A DNA stretch of 64,000 nucleotides from a bacterium (GTDB lineage Bacteria > SAR324 > NAC60-12). The position numbers and the translations under genes were made by a program. The notes under the pieces were generated by a model that made no database searches, was not told where the DNA came from, and worked only from the letters and a program-made list of their open reading frames with translations. Location: contig CBDDTI010000615.1 of NCBI GenBank assembly GCA_965233585.1, forward strand, positions 2,936 through 66,935, in the 5' to 3' direction. Shown here piece after piece: positions 37,830 to 50,399 of the stretch (its first letter is position 1; each line of letters starts with the position of its first letter).

Positions 37830-40076
37830 ATGAACCGAGACTCTTCACAACCAGCCCAAAAAAAAAGAAAACTTGGAGGAATTCAACAGAGACTAGCCAA
37901 GGCTGAAGCTCAGGACAAAGAAAACGCTCTGAAAGAGAGAGAAAGACTTGCATTCAGCCTGGTTACCAAATGGGCATGGGGGCACTTATCCCCACAGGAA
38001 GTTCAAAGCACTGCAGCAGATGCAATTGCAGATATGAAATCCTTTGGGATGGAACAGTTGCCACAGTGGCTGTCAAAGTTTGCAGCCCTTGGATCCGATG
38101 GGGTGCATCCAAATAACATGCATGCAGAGCTTCTCAAAATGTTTGAGCCACAGTCTTCAGTGCCCAAGCCCTTGGTGGTTCACTTGGACTTCAAGGGCCA
38201 ACATGCCCTGCAGTCTTTGATGCTGCCCCACGAACTTTTTCAGCTCTCTACCACTATTATCCCAGCACCTTCCAGAAGCACTTCACGCCAGGGGGACATG
38301 AACAAGTGTCCAAGTTTTGGTCCAAGTTTGCTCAGCACCCTTCAATGGAAGGGCATGAAATTTTCGCCTTGAAGAACTACAAGCACAGAGCTTTGCCACT
38401 CAATCTCCACGGTGATGGAGTGCCAATAACTGGCAAAGGCAAAGTCTGGGTCAAAATGATGTTGACTCTGATCTGGACTGGGTGTTTGGCAGAAGGAAGC
38501 AGCAAGGATACCTGTAATCTCATCTGGGGTGTGCCTTGGAAAGAATTAATTTTGCCACATTTGTATCAATGTGTTCCAAGCCTGCAACATGGGAAAGTTA
38601 TTTGAGAGTTATTGCAAAATTATTTGAGAGAAATTGGAGTTATTTGAGAAAAAAAATCACTTTGCTTGGATTCAGTGCTTTCAATACATAAAGCACATTC
38701 AGGTCTACGAGTCAGTCCTCAAGAGTGGCCCTGGTGGCACTTTGGACCAAGCTTTCAAAATCATTTCCTGGAGCTTCAACACATTGTTGACTGGGAAGTG
38801 GCCTTCAGAAGATTGGCATGGAAAACAGCTTTGTCCTTAGAGACCCAGCAACTTCACCTGTTTGGAAAGAAATTGATCTGGTCATGGAATTCTGTATTTT
38901 TTCTGATTGAATTCATGCTATGCCTCCTAGGTTCCCTTCTTCTTCCTTGGCAGGAAAAAGAGCCAACACCTGGTTGGCCAGTGGATATCTTGGGGTCCTA
39001 ACAGGGATCCTTGGCGATCTGGACTACCTGAGTGGCACCCTTCAGCTGCCAAGATGGTCCAGAAACGAGAATTCCTGTGCTCTTTGTCTTTCTTCTGCCC
39101 ATGGACCATTCTCTTGGAAGGTGTTCAGGCAAGATGCTCCATGGGTCAGCAAATGCTGGACACCTTCCACTTGGTCTGCCTGGGAAGGTAGAAGCAAATG
39201 TGGCCTTTTTGAAATCCAACAGCTTACAGCAGTGAATGTGCAATGTGATTATATGCATGCAAAATACCTGGGAACAGATTTGGTGGCTTTTGCCAGTGTG
39301 CTCTGGCTCGCCATTTTTGTGGCTGGATCCCAATCACCAGCCAAAAACTTGGCTGACTTCCAAAAGCACTTGAAAAGCTACTACCAAGAACACAACACAG
39401 CTTCAAGATTTTCTGCCTTCAATTCCTACAAATATTTCATGTACAAGAAGGGGATGAAGTTGAAAGGCAAGGCTGCCCAAGTCAAAGCCTTTGGGCAGCC
39501 TTTGCTTGAATTTTGGCAGAAGGTCTACAACCCGAGTGTCTCTATCCACAAGCTTGTTCTGGTGTATATGAAGCTCAATGTGAAATGTGAAGAGTTAATG
39601 GATGCCAACAGAGATGAGATCCATTTTAGCAACTGGACTTGCAAGCAGTTTCAACCCACACCTCAGTTGTATGTCATGCTGCATTTGCTGAAGACACTGT
39701 TCTTGTTTGCAACCATTTGTTTCCACCAAACTTTTCATGTGCATCTGCATGAGGCGACACAGATGCAGCTGAATTCCAAAGAGCCATGTTCCAAATGGCA
39801 CACGTGCACCATGTGCTCTGGGAACACTTTGATGGGGAAGATGTCCCCAATGGGATGTTTGCTGTCACAAGCAAATTGCATTGGCTCATGCATGCAGCTT
39901 TGATGGCTGCAAACATCTCACCTAGAAAAGTTTGGTGCTTCAAAGGCGAAGATTTTATGCGATGTACACAGACTTTGGCTGCCAGCTGTGTGAGTGGAAA
40001 CCAACTCATCACAAGCACGTTGAAAATGATGCAGCACTGGAGAGTTGGAGCCCATCTTCAATGGGCTGAGGGCTAA
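37830..40076 (+). CDS. CMC-superfamily DDE transposase; 3 introns (38531-38702 GT-AG, 38828-38930 GC-AG, 39629-39753 GC-AG); one frameshift near 38240
   Basis: Motifs LNLHGDG, GILGD, CALC, CDYMHAKYLG, KLHWLMH and PRKVWCFKGE in the order typical of EnSpm/Plavaka transposases. All three splices restore the frame. Confidence 0.88.
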
Positions 40077-40566
40077 GACCCACAGATCCAAAGCGAATGA
40101 GAGAAAAAGAGAAGCTTTTACTGGATGTTCATGTGCACTGTCATGAGTGAACAATGATGGAAGCTTGAGCTGAGCAGTTGTTGCAGCATATGCCCTCTGG
40201 CAGTCACACCTTGTTTGCAACCAATATTTGAAAGATAGTTGGAAGTTATTTGAGAGATATTTGAGAGATCTTTGAGAGATATTTGTGGCAGTTATTGAAG
40301 ACATCCATTGGCCCCAGAAGATAAATGATACAAATTACCTTGGGAAAAAAAGGTAAATTGTATGAATAACTTTTCAGAACAAAAGGTAACTTGTACAAAT
40401 AACCTTCAAAAAAATGTAAATTGTATGAATAACCTTAAAAATAGGTTAGGTTATTTGATTGGATAACCTAAAGGGTTCTGACTAATAGTTAGTTTCGTTT
40501 TATCTATTAGGCAGAAAATAGTCTATAACCTAAAAGCGCCTTTTTAACCTAACCTCATCTTCAGGG

Positions 40567-41974
40567 TGATACCAGTCCACCCCTGTCACGGCCCTCTGTG
40601 TTTTCCAATGTCTCGGAACTTTGATTCCAAAAATTCCCAACTGATCGCTGTGCCTTGCAGTCAGGTCCCTCCACTCTGTCACAACGTCGGCACTGTCGTC
40701 AAAGTGCACCAAGACGCAGGACTTGTCAGCAATCTCAGTCAAGGCTGAAAATTTGCCTTTTTCGTTGACCCGGTCCTCTGTTGTGACTGTATGTGCCACT
40801 GAAGGATGATTGACTGAAGCCACTCCCTTCCTATAGAATTCTGAGCAGCAATAACTGTTGATGACAATCAAGCACCCTGGAAATTGATCCTGTAACTGAT
40901 GAAATGAATCTTGAACCTCCGGCAAGATGCGATATGTGTCAGTCCTCAGAGTCTCTTTGCGAAATCTCACTGTGTCCAACACTTGATGCCAATCCACCGA
41001 AAAGATCAATCGCTCTGAGTATTTGAACGGTGGAAGATTGCTGATGCGAAATCCCAAGTCCCTTACCCTCTGTCGATTCACACGCACACCAGTTGGGGGA
41101 TTCAAAGGTTCTGGTACCCCAACACCGCCTGTTGTTGTTGATGAAGCGGCTGAAGCACGATGACCTGATGATGACACACTTGTTGCTGTCTTCGGCTTTG
41201 GTCGAAGAACAGGTGTATTCGGCACACTTGGAGTTGCTTTTGGCTTTGATTGTAAAACGGGTGTAGGCGGCACACTTGGAGATGCCTTAGGTTTCGATTG
41301 CAAGATGCATGAAGATGCACCTGACGGGGCTACACGAGATGGTCCTCTCAAACGATCTGGCAGTTCAGGGACAACAGGAACGCGTGGTGGCTCCACAACC
41401 TTTCCTTTCTTGATCTTTCCTTCCCGAACCAATCGATGAAAGATTTCGATGAAACGTGGTTCACCGAATGGACACTCAATCTCTTCCTGCTCCTCGTCAC
41501 TGATGTCAACTGTCTCCGCAACAAACGAATCTTCCGTGTAGTACCCAGTGTTTTCGTCCTGAGTGTTAGGAACAGGCTCAAGCCTCGCTAAGAGTGGCTG
41601 ATCCTTCCTCGGAAGCTGATAATCCTCAACTGCTTGAAGCTTACGGCGTTCCAAGTACAAACTATGTGGATCGTAAGGGTCGTAATCTGGATGTTCAGTT
41701 TGGGCTGTCAACACACGGATGAAGTAAGTCAGGAGCTTAAGGCAGGCAGAACGATATCTTCTTTTGAAGCTAACACCCGACCTTTTCTCCTTTCTGATCT
41801 TACGAAACCGATTCTGCAACACCTCCCGCTCTTCTGAACCAGATCTTGAACGTGCCCTCTTGTCCAAGTAAAGTAGCACCGCAAATCTTCAAGCAAGAAA
41901 GTGGTTGAGCTAAACCTTGTCTCGAACCACAACTGCCGTACAATTGGAAATGGACTTAGGTTCTCACCCTGCAA
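40567..41974 (-). pseudogene. Accessory ORF: basic/helical N-terminus, Pro-rich repeats, C-terminal HAD-like domain; interrupted by the transposon, probable 5' frameshift
   Basis: IFSVDWHQVLD (motif I-like), IVINS (motif II-like), K in EKGK (motif III-like), LVHFDD (motif IV). ORF 40530-41879 reads into the TIR. Confidence 0.7.
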
Positions 41975-42443
41975 TTGCTTAGCAAAACGGGGAGGTCACA
42001 GCAAAATGCCGACTAAGTTCCTCAGATGATATTAGGTCTTTGACTGACAAATCGATGCGATCGGGGTTTGGCTGCGAATCAGGGACTCCGATCAATGCAA
42101 AGGTTCACTAACAATTAGATTGAACTAAGGAGCACAACAAAGCCTACTGCAATGGGCTCAACAAAGTACTTAATATGGAAATTGGTTTCAACACCTGGGA
42201 GGATGCACCCTGGTCAGTGCAAACACTCCCGCACGAGTCCTTGTTCGATGGACACGAGCAGGACACGAGCTTGATGCAATGCACTAGTCACCTGAATTGG
42301 CAAGAGGCTGGTGCAACTCGATACCGGCAGTTACCAAGGGTCAGGGAAAAGTGTTTTGGTGGATGTCTTACAGGCACAAAGGTGTGGCTCAGGACCTATG
42401 TGTGTGTAAGAGTACCCGGATATATGAAGTGAGGCTGTTAACC

Positions 42444-42629
42444 TGTTGAGTACTTATCCCACAACCTCCCAGGATACTACCCAACGACCTGAAGCGCAAA
42501 GCTGCTTGTTTTATCTTGAGACAAAATATTCAGTCACTTTACAAATTGAAGTACAACAGTACAAAAGACAAGACACAACATGACAACATGGAGGGGTGTA
42601 CAGTGCTATGTACATGTATGTTTTCAACT
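42444..42629 (-). repeat. Candidate 5' LTR of the copia element, with PBS-like GGTTAACAGCCTC (42431-42443)
   Basis: On the minus strand ..CTCAACA is followed directly by GGTTA, as in copia-type PBS junctions. The other end TTCAACT is an imperfect inverted match. There is no second LTR in the window to confirm it. Confidence 0.45.
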
Positions 42630-42712
42630 AAAATAAGTGGAATTTGACGCAAAATAATCTAAAAAAAAATTTAAACAGGATATTAGCAGGATAATAGCAA
42701 CTTTTCAGATAT

Positions 42713-43027
42713 TTATAGGCTCGTTAAGTGCCTGAAGTGAAAATATCTAAAATTTGTGGTCTTAGTAAGCGACCTCCGAGGCTCCGGGTACACAATGACC
42801 TCCACCTCGTCAACAGATGAATCAGGATTCGGCTCCCAGGTCCGAGAGGCCTCGCCTGGCCACCCTGGTGAGCCACCGCCACCTGCTCCGGATCCTCCCT
42901 CAGCAACCCCATGGCGTATATACGCCTGCCGCTTTCTCTGAGCGGCACTTCCAGATCGGATCCCGCGAGTCCTGCCTGCAACTTCACCGTGTTGCGAAGC
43001 AAAGGACTCGTACGGGTCCTCTTCCAT
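42713..43027 (-). pseudogene. Truncated GC-rich Arg/Gly-rich ORF fragment of unknown origin
   Basis: ATG-started coding-like sequence (RTRGIRSGSAAQRKRQ) that runs into AT-rich DNA near 42775; TGGCTCAAG about 200 nt upstream. Confidence 0.3.
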
Positions 43028-44029
43028 GTGCTGACTTTTAGGGAGTCGCCAGCCGTAGAAATTTGATATGAAGTTTTGGGGTCAACAAAACAAGAGCAAG
43101 CTACGGCTGATAACCGATAACCAATTGAATTGTCGATGATGACAGATGACCCCCAAAAGTAACACGAAAACAGCAATCAAGTCACAACAGCGCCCCGGGC
43201 AAAGGCTGCAGCCTGTTTTACCATCTTGAGCCACAGAAGTAAGTGAAGGATGTGGTGACCCGTAAGGAGAGGTACTAAATAAGTGAAATTATGGGTATGA
43301 GGAATCCCCATTTATTTCAAGTTATATGCATACTATGAAACATGACAATATACGCGGATAACGACATGGTTGTATCTTATATATTTATAAATATGCTAAT
43401 ACTTCGCCACCCCCCTGTTAGGTATAGTTAGGTAACAGCCATAACCCACTTAGAGCAGTTACAACTAGATATATAAAACAAAATAACTTGAGTCTACTTG
43501 AGTTAACTTGAGTTAACTTGAGTTATGTTTGTGACCCGAACTTGAGCATCTAGAGGCAAGCAATTTCTACATGCCGCAGGTAATTGACAGCAATCAAACA
43601 GTGTGCCCTGAAATGTTTTGCTTTTGAATTATTGGAATTTTATTGTTTCTTGTTTGTTTTTATTAGACAATATTAGTTTGCCTCAAGAATGAACATGTTA
43701 CATTCAGTATAAAAAAGAAAGTAACAATTATAATATTTTTCATATATTCATAATCAACATGAAAATTCAATATTTAAATACATATTCAATGTTAGGTATT
43801 TTATATTTTACATAATAGAAACGTATTTTAACATTTCATTTCTTTCTAGATGCTTGGTTGCAAGTTATGGGAGCCTTCTGTCAAGTATCATTAGGGGTAT
43901 TAGCGTATATTAGCGTTTATTAGCGTATATTAAGGTAAATAAATTATATTATTTCTTGGTCAAATGTTAAATTAAATATTCTATCCCCTTGCTCATTTCG
44001 GGAGAAGGTGCTGACAGGTGATTTTGTAG

Positions 44030-44300
44030 AGAAAAGGGGTCTACAGAATACAAATCCATCCAGGAGAGTGGCTCCAAATGCACTACAAAATACAAGTCTA
44101 GGGAACCCAAAATGGCTGCCCACTACAGAATACAAAACAAAGATCATTAAAAACCACCAAATAAGGGCTGTCTACAAAATAGATTGGAAAAAAGTTGCCC
44201 CTTCCAAGGCTTGAAAGTGCCCAAAACAGGCTTTGTGGGGTATGTTCAGACTTGTATTTTGTAGAGAATCCACCCTGAAGTATTTTGGGTTTGGCAAAGC
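44030..44300. repeat. MITE-like cluster of CTACA(A/G)AATACAA repeats in both orientations
   Basis: Copies at about 44041, 44083, 44123 and 44172; inverted TTGTATTTTGTAG at about 44252. Confidence 0.5.
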
Positions 44301-44791
44301 TCAGTTGTGTTTCATAGATTTTATGTCAGCGTTTCGTAGATTTTATTCCAGTCATTATCCCCTTTGGTGGTTTTGGATGGATAGGGCAATTCAGGCATCA
44401 ACATTCCTTGAATTGGGCAATCCATCCTTTGGGGGGTCATTACAATCCCAAAAATTATCATAACCCCAAAAATATTGTCGCGGATTAGATAGGGAGGTTC
44501 CCGGTTCAACCAACCCTTATATAATATCCAGCAACCAAGCAATCTAATCCGCTGGGGGGTTTCCTAAACCGATTTAATCAAATGGGGGTGTGCTTTGAAG
44601 TTGCTACGCACGGAGCGGTTCGCTCCCCCCAATTGAACAAATCAGTTAATAATAAATATTCTATAATATTGATATATGTATATACAGATATATATAAATT
44701 AAGTATGTATCTTTGTATGGATATGAATCCATGATGCGCAATGCAATGCAATTGGCTTTTCGATATCGTTTTTCCAGCGCAGCTGCCACAT

Positions 44792-45310
44792 CTAGTCATC
44801 GCCTAGGCCAAACAAATCTTCCGCCAATTTATTGCTCTTGGCAATCTCAGCTTTCGCATCGTTCCCTTTGGGAATCTCTGCTTCGGAATCTTTCTTTTTG
44901 GGAACCGCTTCTTTAAGCGTAACACTGCTTTTCTGGACATCCTTTTCTTCGCCCTGAGCAGGGCCACTTAGGATTTCAACACGGAGTTTGGAACTCAGAA
45001 CTTTCACGATTCTTCCCTCACGTTGGTCGTATTTTTCCTTGTGTTTGTTTGCTGAAATCACAACCACTGGGTCGATCTGAAAATCTGGAACAGCGGGCTT
45101 CTGATCTGGCTTTTCGCCAGCTGCGTTTTGTGTCTCAGCGATCTCTGTTTTCTTATCCTTTTGAGTGTCTTTCTCTGCGATTTCATTGTTTTTTTTGCTG
45201 TCCGGAGGAGGCAGCAAAACATTGGATTTAGCAAGCAGGGCTGTCAGGATGGGAAAATCCGCTTGCTTCTCAGATGGCACTTTGCGAACGGAGGCAACAA
45301 TGACTTTCAA
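44792..45310 (-). CDS. Orphan terminal exon or gene fragment with a KOW/SH3-like motif
   Basis: VVVISANKHKEKYDQREGRIVKVLSSKLRVEILSG; GC-richer island in AT-rich DNA; no ATG start. Confidence 0.45.
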   Translation of the reverse strand: MKVIVASVRKVPSEKQADFPILTALLAKSNVLLPPPDSKKNNEIAEKDTQKDKKTEIAETQNAAGEKPDQKPAVPDFQIDPVVVISANKHKEKYDQREGRIVKVLSSKLRVEILSGPAQGEEKDVQKSSVTLKEAVPKKKDSEAEIPKGNDAKAEIAKSNKLAEDLFGLGDD

Positions 45311-48079
45311 ACAGCCTCCCGTGGGAATCTATATTTCTCATTATATTGTATTCAATATTATCAGATATAATATATAATTTTTCATATTTTTTTTTCGAAA
45401 ATCAAAATCTATATATTTTTTTATCTATCAATACATATTTTTTCAGAAGGGGACACCCTGGGAGTGCGGGTTTTCACTGCATTCTAGAACCACTGACACT
45501 GCACATGTGCCATGGTTCTCTCACTGCTTTGCAACCATTGACAATTTCTGTAATTTCTGTTTGGTTTTTCTGCAATGGCTAAACAAAACCAAAAACCAAA
45601 AACCAAAAAAACAAAAAAACAAAAAACAAACAGTAAAAACAAGAAACCAAAAAAACAAAAACAACAAAAACAAAAGATGACAAGACCCAACTCTCTGCCA
45701 CTCCTCCCCCCTTGGGGTGTGCAGTCTTGTTTTTTTTGGGGGGCTCTTGGTTTTTTGGTTTCTTATTTTCTAGTTCGTTGTTGTTTTTTTTCTGCAATGG
45801 CTAGCAAGACCAAAAACCAAATAAACAAGAAACCAGAACAACACGAAACCCAAAAAAAAGAAAAATACCAAAAAACAAACAATTATATGTATGTATATAT
45901 ATGTGCATCACATTATTTATGATTTATTTTGATATTTACAAAGTGAGCATCTAGAGGCAAGCAATTTATATATGCCTCAGGAAATTGACAGAGCAATCAA
46001 ACGTTCTCACCTGCACGGTTTTGCCTTGAATTATAGGAATTTTATTGTTTATGATTTGTTTTGATTAGACAATGTTAGTTTGCCTCAAGAATGAAAATGT
46101 TGCATTCACTATAAAAACATGTTACAATTATGATAATTTCAAAAACCAAATCAACATGAAAATTCAAAATATTTAAAACCATATTCAAAGTTATGTTTTA
46201 CTTTACATCAGAGAAACGCATTTTAAATTCTATTGCATTCAATCTACATATATTTCAAAATACATTATATTGAAGTAAAATATTAGCAAACAAACCATAT
46301 ATTGTTTCATGTTGCAATTTTAGAAAAATAATATATATATATATATATGTTATTTATCAATACGCATTCAAGAAAATGTTGTCGAGTAAAAATCATACGA
46401 TGATAATTGCTTTATGTCCATATTGCAGATTCAATGAAAATACTATAGTAACTTTTTTGTAATTGCATTTTTCAGTGACTTAAAATAATTTTTAGTATTT
46501 TTAAAAACTATTTTATTTTCAATATTCACTTGCATTAAAATAGTTTTTCATTTTTTTGGTAAATTTGATTTATTTATGAAAATTATATATTTATATTTTT
46601 TTTTTTGATTTTTCATTTTTCTGGATTATTTTTAAAAAAAATACAGATTTTTATATTTTTATTGATGGTTTCAGATTTTTCTGAAAATTTGAAATTTTCA
46701 GATTTTTTCTGAATTTTACATTTTTTCAGATTTTTTTCTGAATTTTTCAGATTTTCTCTGAAAATCTGAAATGTTCAGATTTGTTTTTATGTTTTTAAAG
46801 TTTTATTGTGAAAATCTGACATGTTCATGTTTTTTCTGATTTGTTTATTTGGCTTTAGTTGAAATCATTTTTTAATATTATGAAATAGATTTGTTTTTCT
46901 ATATTTTATATTTTGTCATTTTAATATAATTGTTTCTGTGTTGTTTTTTGTACTTGTTGTGATTTTTTGTTTTTTTTATTTTTTCATTTAAAAAATAAAC
47001 AACCAACTTGTTATTTCATAAGGTTTTGTCTCATGACGTATGAAATTTTCTAACCATAACTGAGTTATTCAATTTGTCATTGATGTTTGTTTTTACAGTG
47101 TAATGTTAAAGAAACATATTTTGGCAATATTATTTAAAATCAAATTTTGTTGTTTTAAAAAATGTATTGAACCTTGATTTTTATGTATTGCTATATTTAT
47201 TAATTTCAAGTTTGTTTTTTTAATATTTTTAAAAATCCAATTGCAGCTTGAATTTTCAGGTTAGCATATGAAATATTGAATACCTTTTTTCATTAGCATC
47301 ATTTTTGTACATATTTTATTATTAAAAGTTAGTTGTTAAATGTAATTTACCTATCATTTCACAGTAAAAAAAATAGTTTATAACGAAAGCATACTTCAAA
47401 CATTATTCTTTTAGGTTTTGTATCCATCTTATCAAATGTTAAAATGAATTAACATGTAGTTGGGCAGCCCCTCCCCGCTGCCCACGGTGGCGCTCTCCAA
47501 CCAACTTTGCAGCGCCTCCCATACCAATTCCAATACCAATTCCAATTCCAGCTTTGTCTGTAGCTTAAGCTTTAATGTGATTACAGTTTTTTTAAAAAAA
47601 CAATAAACAGAAGGGTATGTTTGTTTTTAATACTGCATTTGTTGGCAGGCATGGGGATGTTGTAACAATGTTGAAGTCATCTAGCATATGCTGCAGAAAT
47701 TGTGGCTTGTTGAAGGGACCCTGTAGTAGCATTTATCTAAGGTAGAGTGAGCACCTGGACACTTCTTCAAGCAATATATGCTCTCTAGTGGACATGAACA
47801 TAGCTTCATCTGCGGCTTAAGCTTTAATGTGATTACAGTTTTGAAAAAACAATAAAACCGTGCACTCCCACATTGTCCTGCTCTTTTTTTTGTAATTGTT
47901 GTTGTTTTTTTGTTTTAGTGTTGTTTATGTCAATATTATCCTTTTTAAAATATGAAACATATTTCTTTGCTAAATTCAATTTGTTCTTTCAAAAAAACGT
48001 ATCATGACATATGAAATTTTCTCCTCCAAACTAAATTGTTTAATTTGTTATTGACGTTTGTTGTAAGATAATTCTAAAT

Positions 48080-49537
48080 CAATGGGTAGGAAATTGTTTG
48101 GGGAATTTTTTTTTAGTTTGGGGAATTTTTTTTGGATTTCCGGTTCTCACCATTTTCCATGCTATTTGCAGCATTTTGGAGCTGGAAACTGCCATTTCCA
48201 CGGTATGTGCAACGGTTTTGAGTTCGAACCTCTCATTTTCCATTGTATTTTCCATGGTATTTGCAACAGTTTGCAGCATGTTCTGTCCATTTTCCATGCT
48301 CTTTGCAGCATTTTTGAGCTGGAATCTGCATTTCCACCGTATGTGCAACATTTTACAGCTACATTCCTCACAGTACTTGCAGGATTTTGGAGCTGAAGGC
48401 TGACATTCCAACAGTTGTTTGTTGTTACTGTTACTGTTGTTGGTGTTGGTGTTGTTGTTGGTGGTGTTGTTGTTGTTGGTGGTGGTGGTGGTGGTCGTGT
48501 TGTTGCTGTTGTTGTTGCTGTTGTTAGTGTTAATGTTAGTGTTGTTAGTGTTGTTACTGTTGTGTTAGTGTTGTGTTAGTGTTGTGTTAGTGTTGTTGTT
48601 GTTGGTGGTGTTGTTGTTGGTGGTGTTGTTGTTGTTGTTGGTGGTGTTGTTGGTGGTGGTGGTGGTGGTGTTGCTGGCGGTTGTGTTTGTGTTGCTAGTG
48701 TTGTTATTGTTGTTGTTGTCGTTGTTGTCGTTGTCGTTGTCGTTGTCATTGTTGTCGTTGTTGTCGTTGTTGTCGTTGTTGTTGTTGTTGGTGTTGTTGT
48801 TGTTTGTTGTTGTTGTTGGTGGTGTTGTTGTTACCGTTAGTGTTATTAGTGTTGCTAGTGTTAGTGTTGTTAGTGTTGTTAGTGTTGTGTTAGTGTTGTT
48901 GTTGTTGGTGGTGGTGGTGGTGTTGTTGGTGGTGGTGTTGTTGCTGGCGGTTGTGTTTGTGTTGATAGTGTTGTTATTGTTGTTGTTGTCGTTGTTGTTG
49001 CTGTTGTTGTTGCTGTTGTTAGTGTTGTTGTTGTTACCGTTAGTGTTGTTAGTGTTGCTAGTGTTAGTGTTGTTAGTGTTGTTAGTGTTGTGTTAGTGTT
49101 GTTGTTGTTGGTGTACCGAGACTACAGCAGCGTGCCCATCTGCTTCGAACCAAGAGAAGATGTTGCTCCACACCTCATGGAAAAGCAAAAAAGCAAAGAA
49201 AAGCAAAAAAGCAAAAAAGCAAAGAAAAGCAAGACAAGCAAAGAAAAGCAGAAAAGCGAGAAAAGCAAAAAAGCAAAGACAAGCAAGGAAAGCAAAAAAG
49301 CAAAAAAGCAAAGAAAAGCAAGAAAAGCAAAAAAGCAAAGAAAAGCAAGAAAAGCAAAAAAGCAAAAAAGCAAAGAAAAGCAAGGGAAGCAAAAAAGCAA
49401 AGAAAAGCAAGAAAAGCAAAAAAAGGAATAGAAGCAAAGAAGCAGAGAAGCACTGCAGGAGGCAATAGAGTAAGCAGGAAGAAATCCAAAAAAAAATCCC
49501 TAAACTAAAAAAAAAATCCCTAAATAAATGGCCCTCC
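48080..49537. mobile_element. 1.46-kb non-autonomous insertion with imperfect TIRs of about 55 bp and a microsatellite core
   Basis: Absent from the paralogous copy (empty site at about 59340); AAT on both sides. Contains degenerate 50-bp repeats, (GTT/GTG)n at 48413-49112 and (AAAAGCAAAG)n-like repeats at 49180-49425. Confidence 0.8.
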
Positions 49538-50399
49538 AATAAATATTATTTTGAAATTTAATTTCAAAACGAATGCTGTTGTTTTAAAATTTGTATTAAA
49601 CATTGGTTTTTTTTATGTATTGCTATATTTATTTATTTCAAATTTGTTCTTGCATGTTTTTGAAAAATACTATGACAGCTTTTTCAGGTTAGCACATGAA
49701 ATATTGAATACGTTTTTTCATTGGCATCATTTTATAAATATATATAAATATGTTTTTCATATTAAAACATAGTTGCTAAATACAATTTCCCTATCACTTC
49801 ACAGAAAATACAAACGAAGAAATTAAAAAAGATATGAGCAGGCTTATGTTTTTGCCACTTGTCTTTAACTGATCAAATGTCCATGCTTGGCAATCTAAAT
49901 AAAATGTATAGAAAACTTATCTTGATTTATGTTGACTTATGTTGACTTATATTGATTATGCTAAAGTTAGACATTTTTAGTAAACATCATAAATAACATA
50001 ATCCAACTTAATCATCATAAAATCGGATGATAAGTATCATAACTTTAAAACACATGTTATGGAGTTACGATTGTATCTTAGCTGAGTTGTGAGCCTAGTT
50101 ATAACTGGATAGAACCTAGGTTTTAAAGGGGGTTGGCGCAGTATAGTATTATTATTTTGGGGTATAACTTGCAAATATCAACTACGATCCACCTACCTTG
50201 CACACGTACGTAGCCAGTCACCTAATTTCTAGTGATATTCCTCCTGCAAATTGCGATGTCTTATTGCAGGGTGACATAGCTGGAGGGCAAACTGTTGAAG
50301 CAAAATAAAATCAGCAATCTCAGGTTTCTGGTAGACTGGTAGACCAATGTTTTGGGTTGTGGCCCATGTAATTCAATATAGCTATGGTTTGTTTTCCCA

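Larger units (their letters stand above)
43402..50141. mobile_element. AT-rich non-autonomous TIR element flanked by TA (Tc1/mariner-like ends), containing nested inserts
   Basis: TA|CTTCGCCACCCCCCT at 43400 versus AGGGGGTTGGCGCAG|TA at 50141; shared subterminal CAGTTA(C/T)AACTAG; internal duplication 43543-43830 and 45945-46230. Confidence 0.55.

Noticed and set aside
40530-40566. C-terminus HPEDEVRLKRRF of the 449-aa ORF
   Set aside because: Read-through into the transposon TIR.
43224-43232. Spliced-leader RNA gene or full SL relic
   Set aside because: Only TGGCTCAAG (9 nt) matches; too short to call.
48584-49539. Poly-Leu/Val membrane protein and Lys-rich ORFs
   Set aside because: Microsatellite translations within an insertion.
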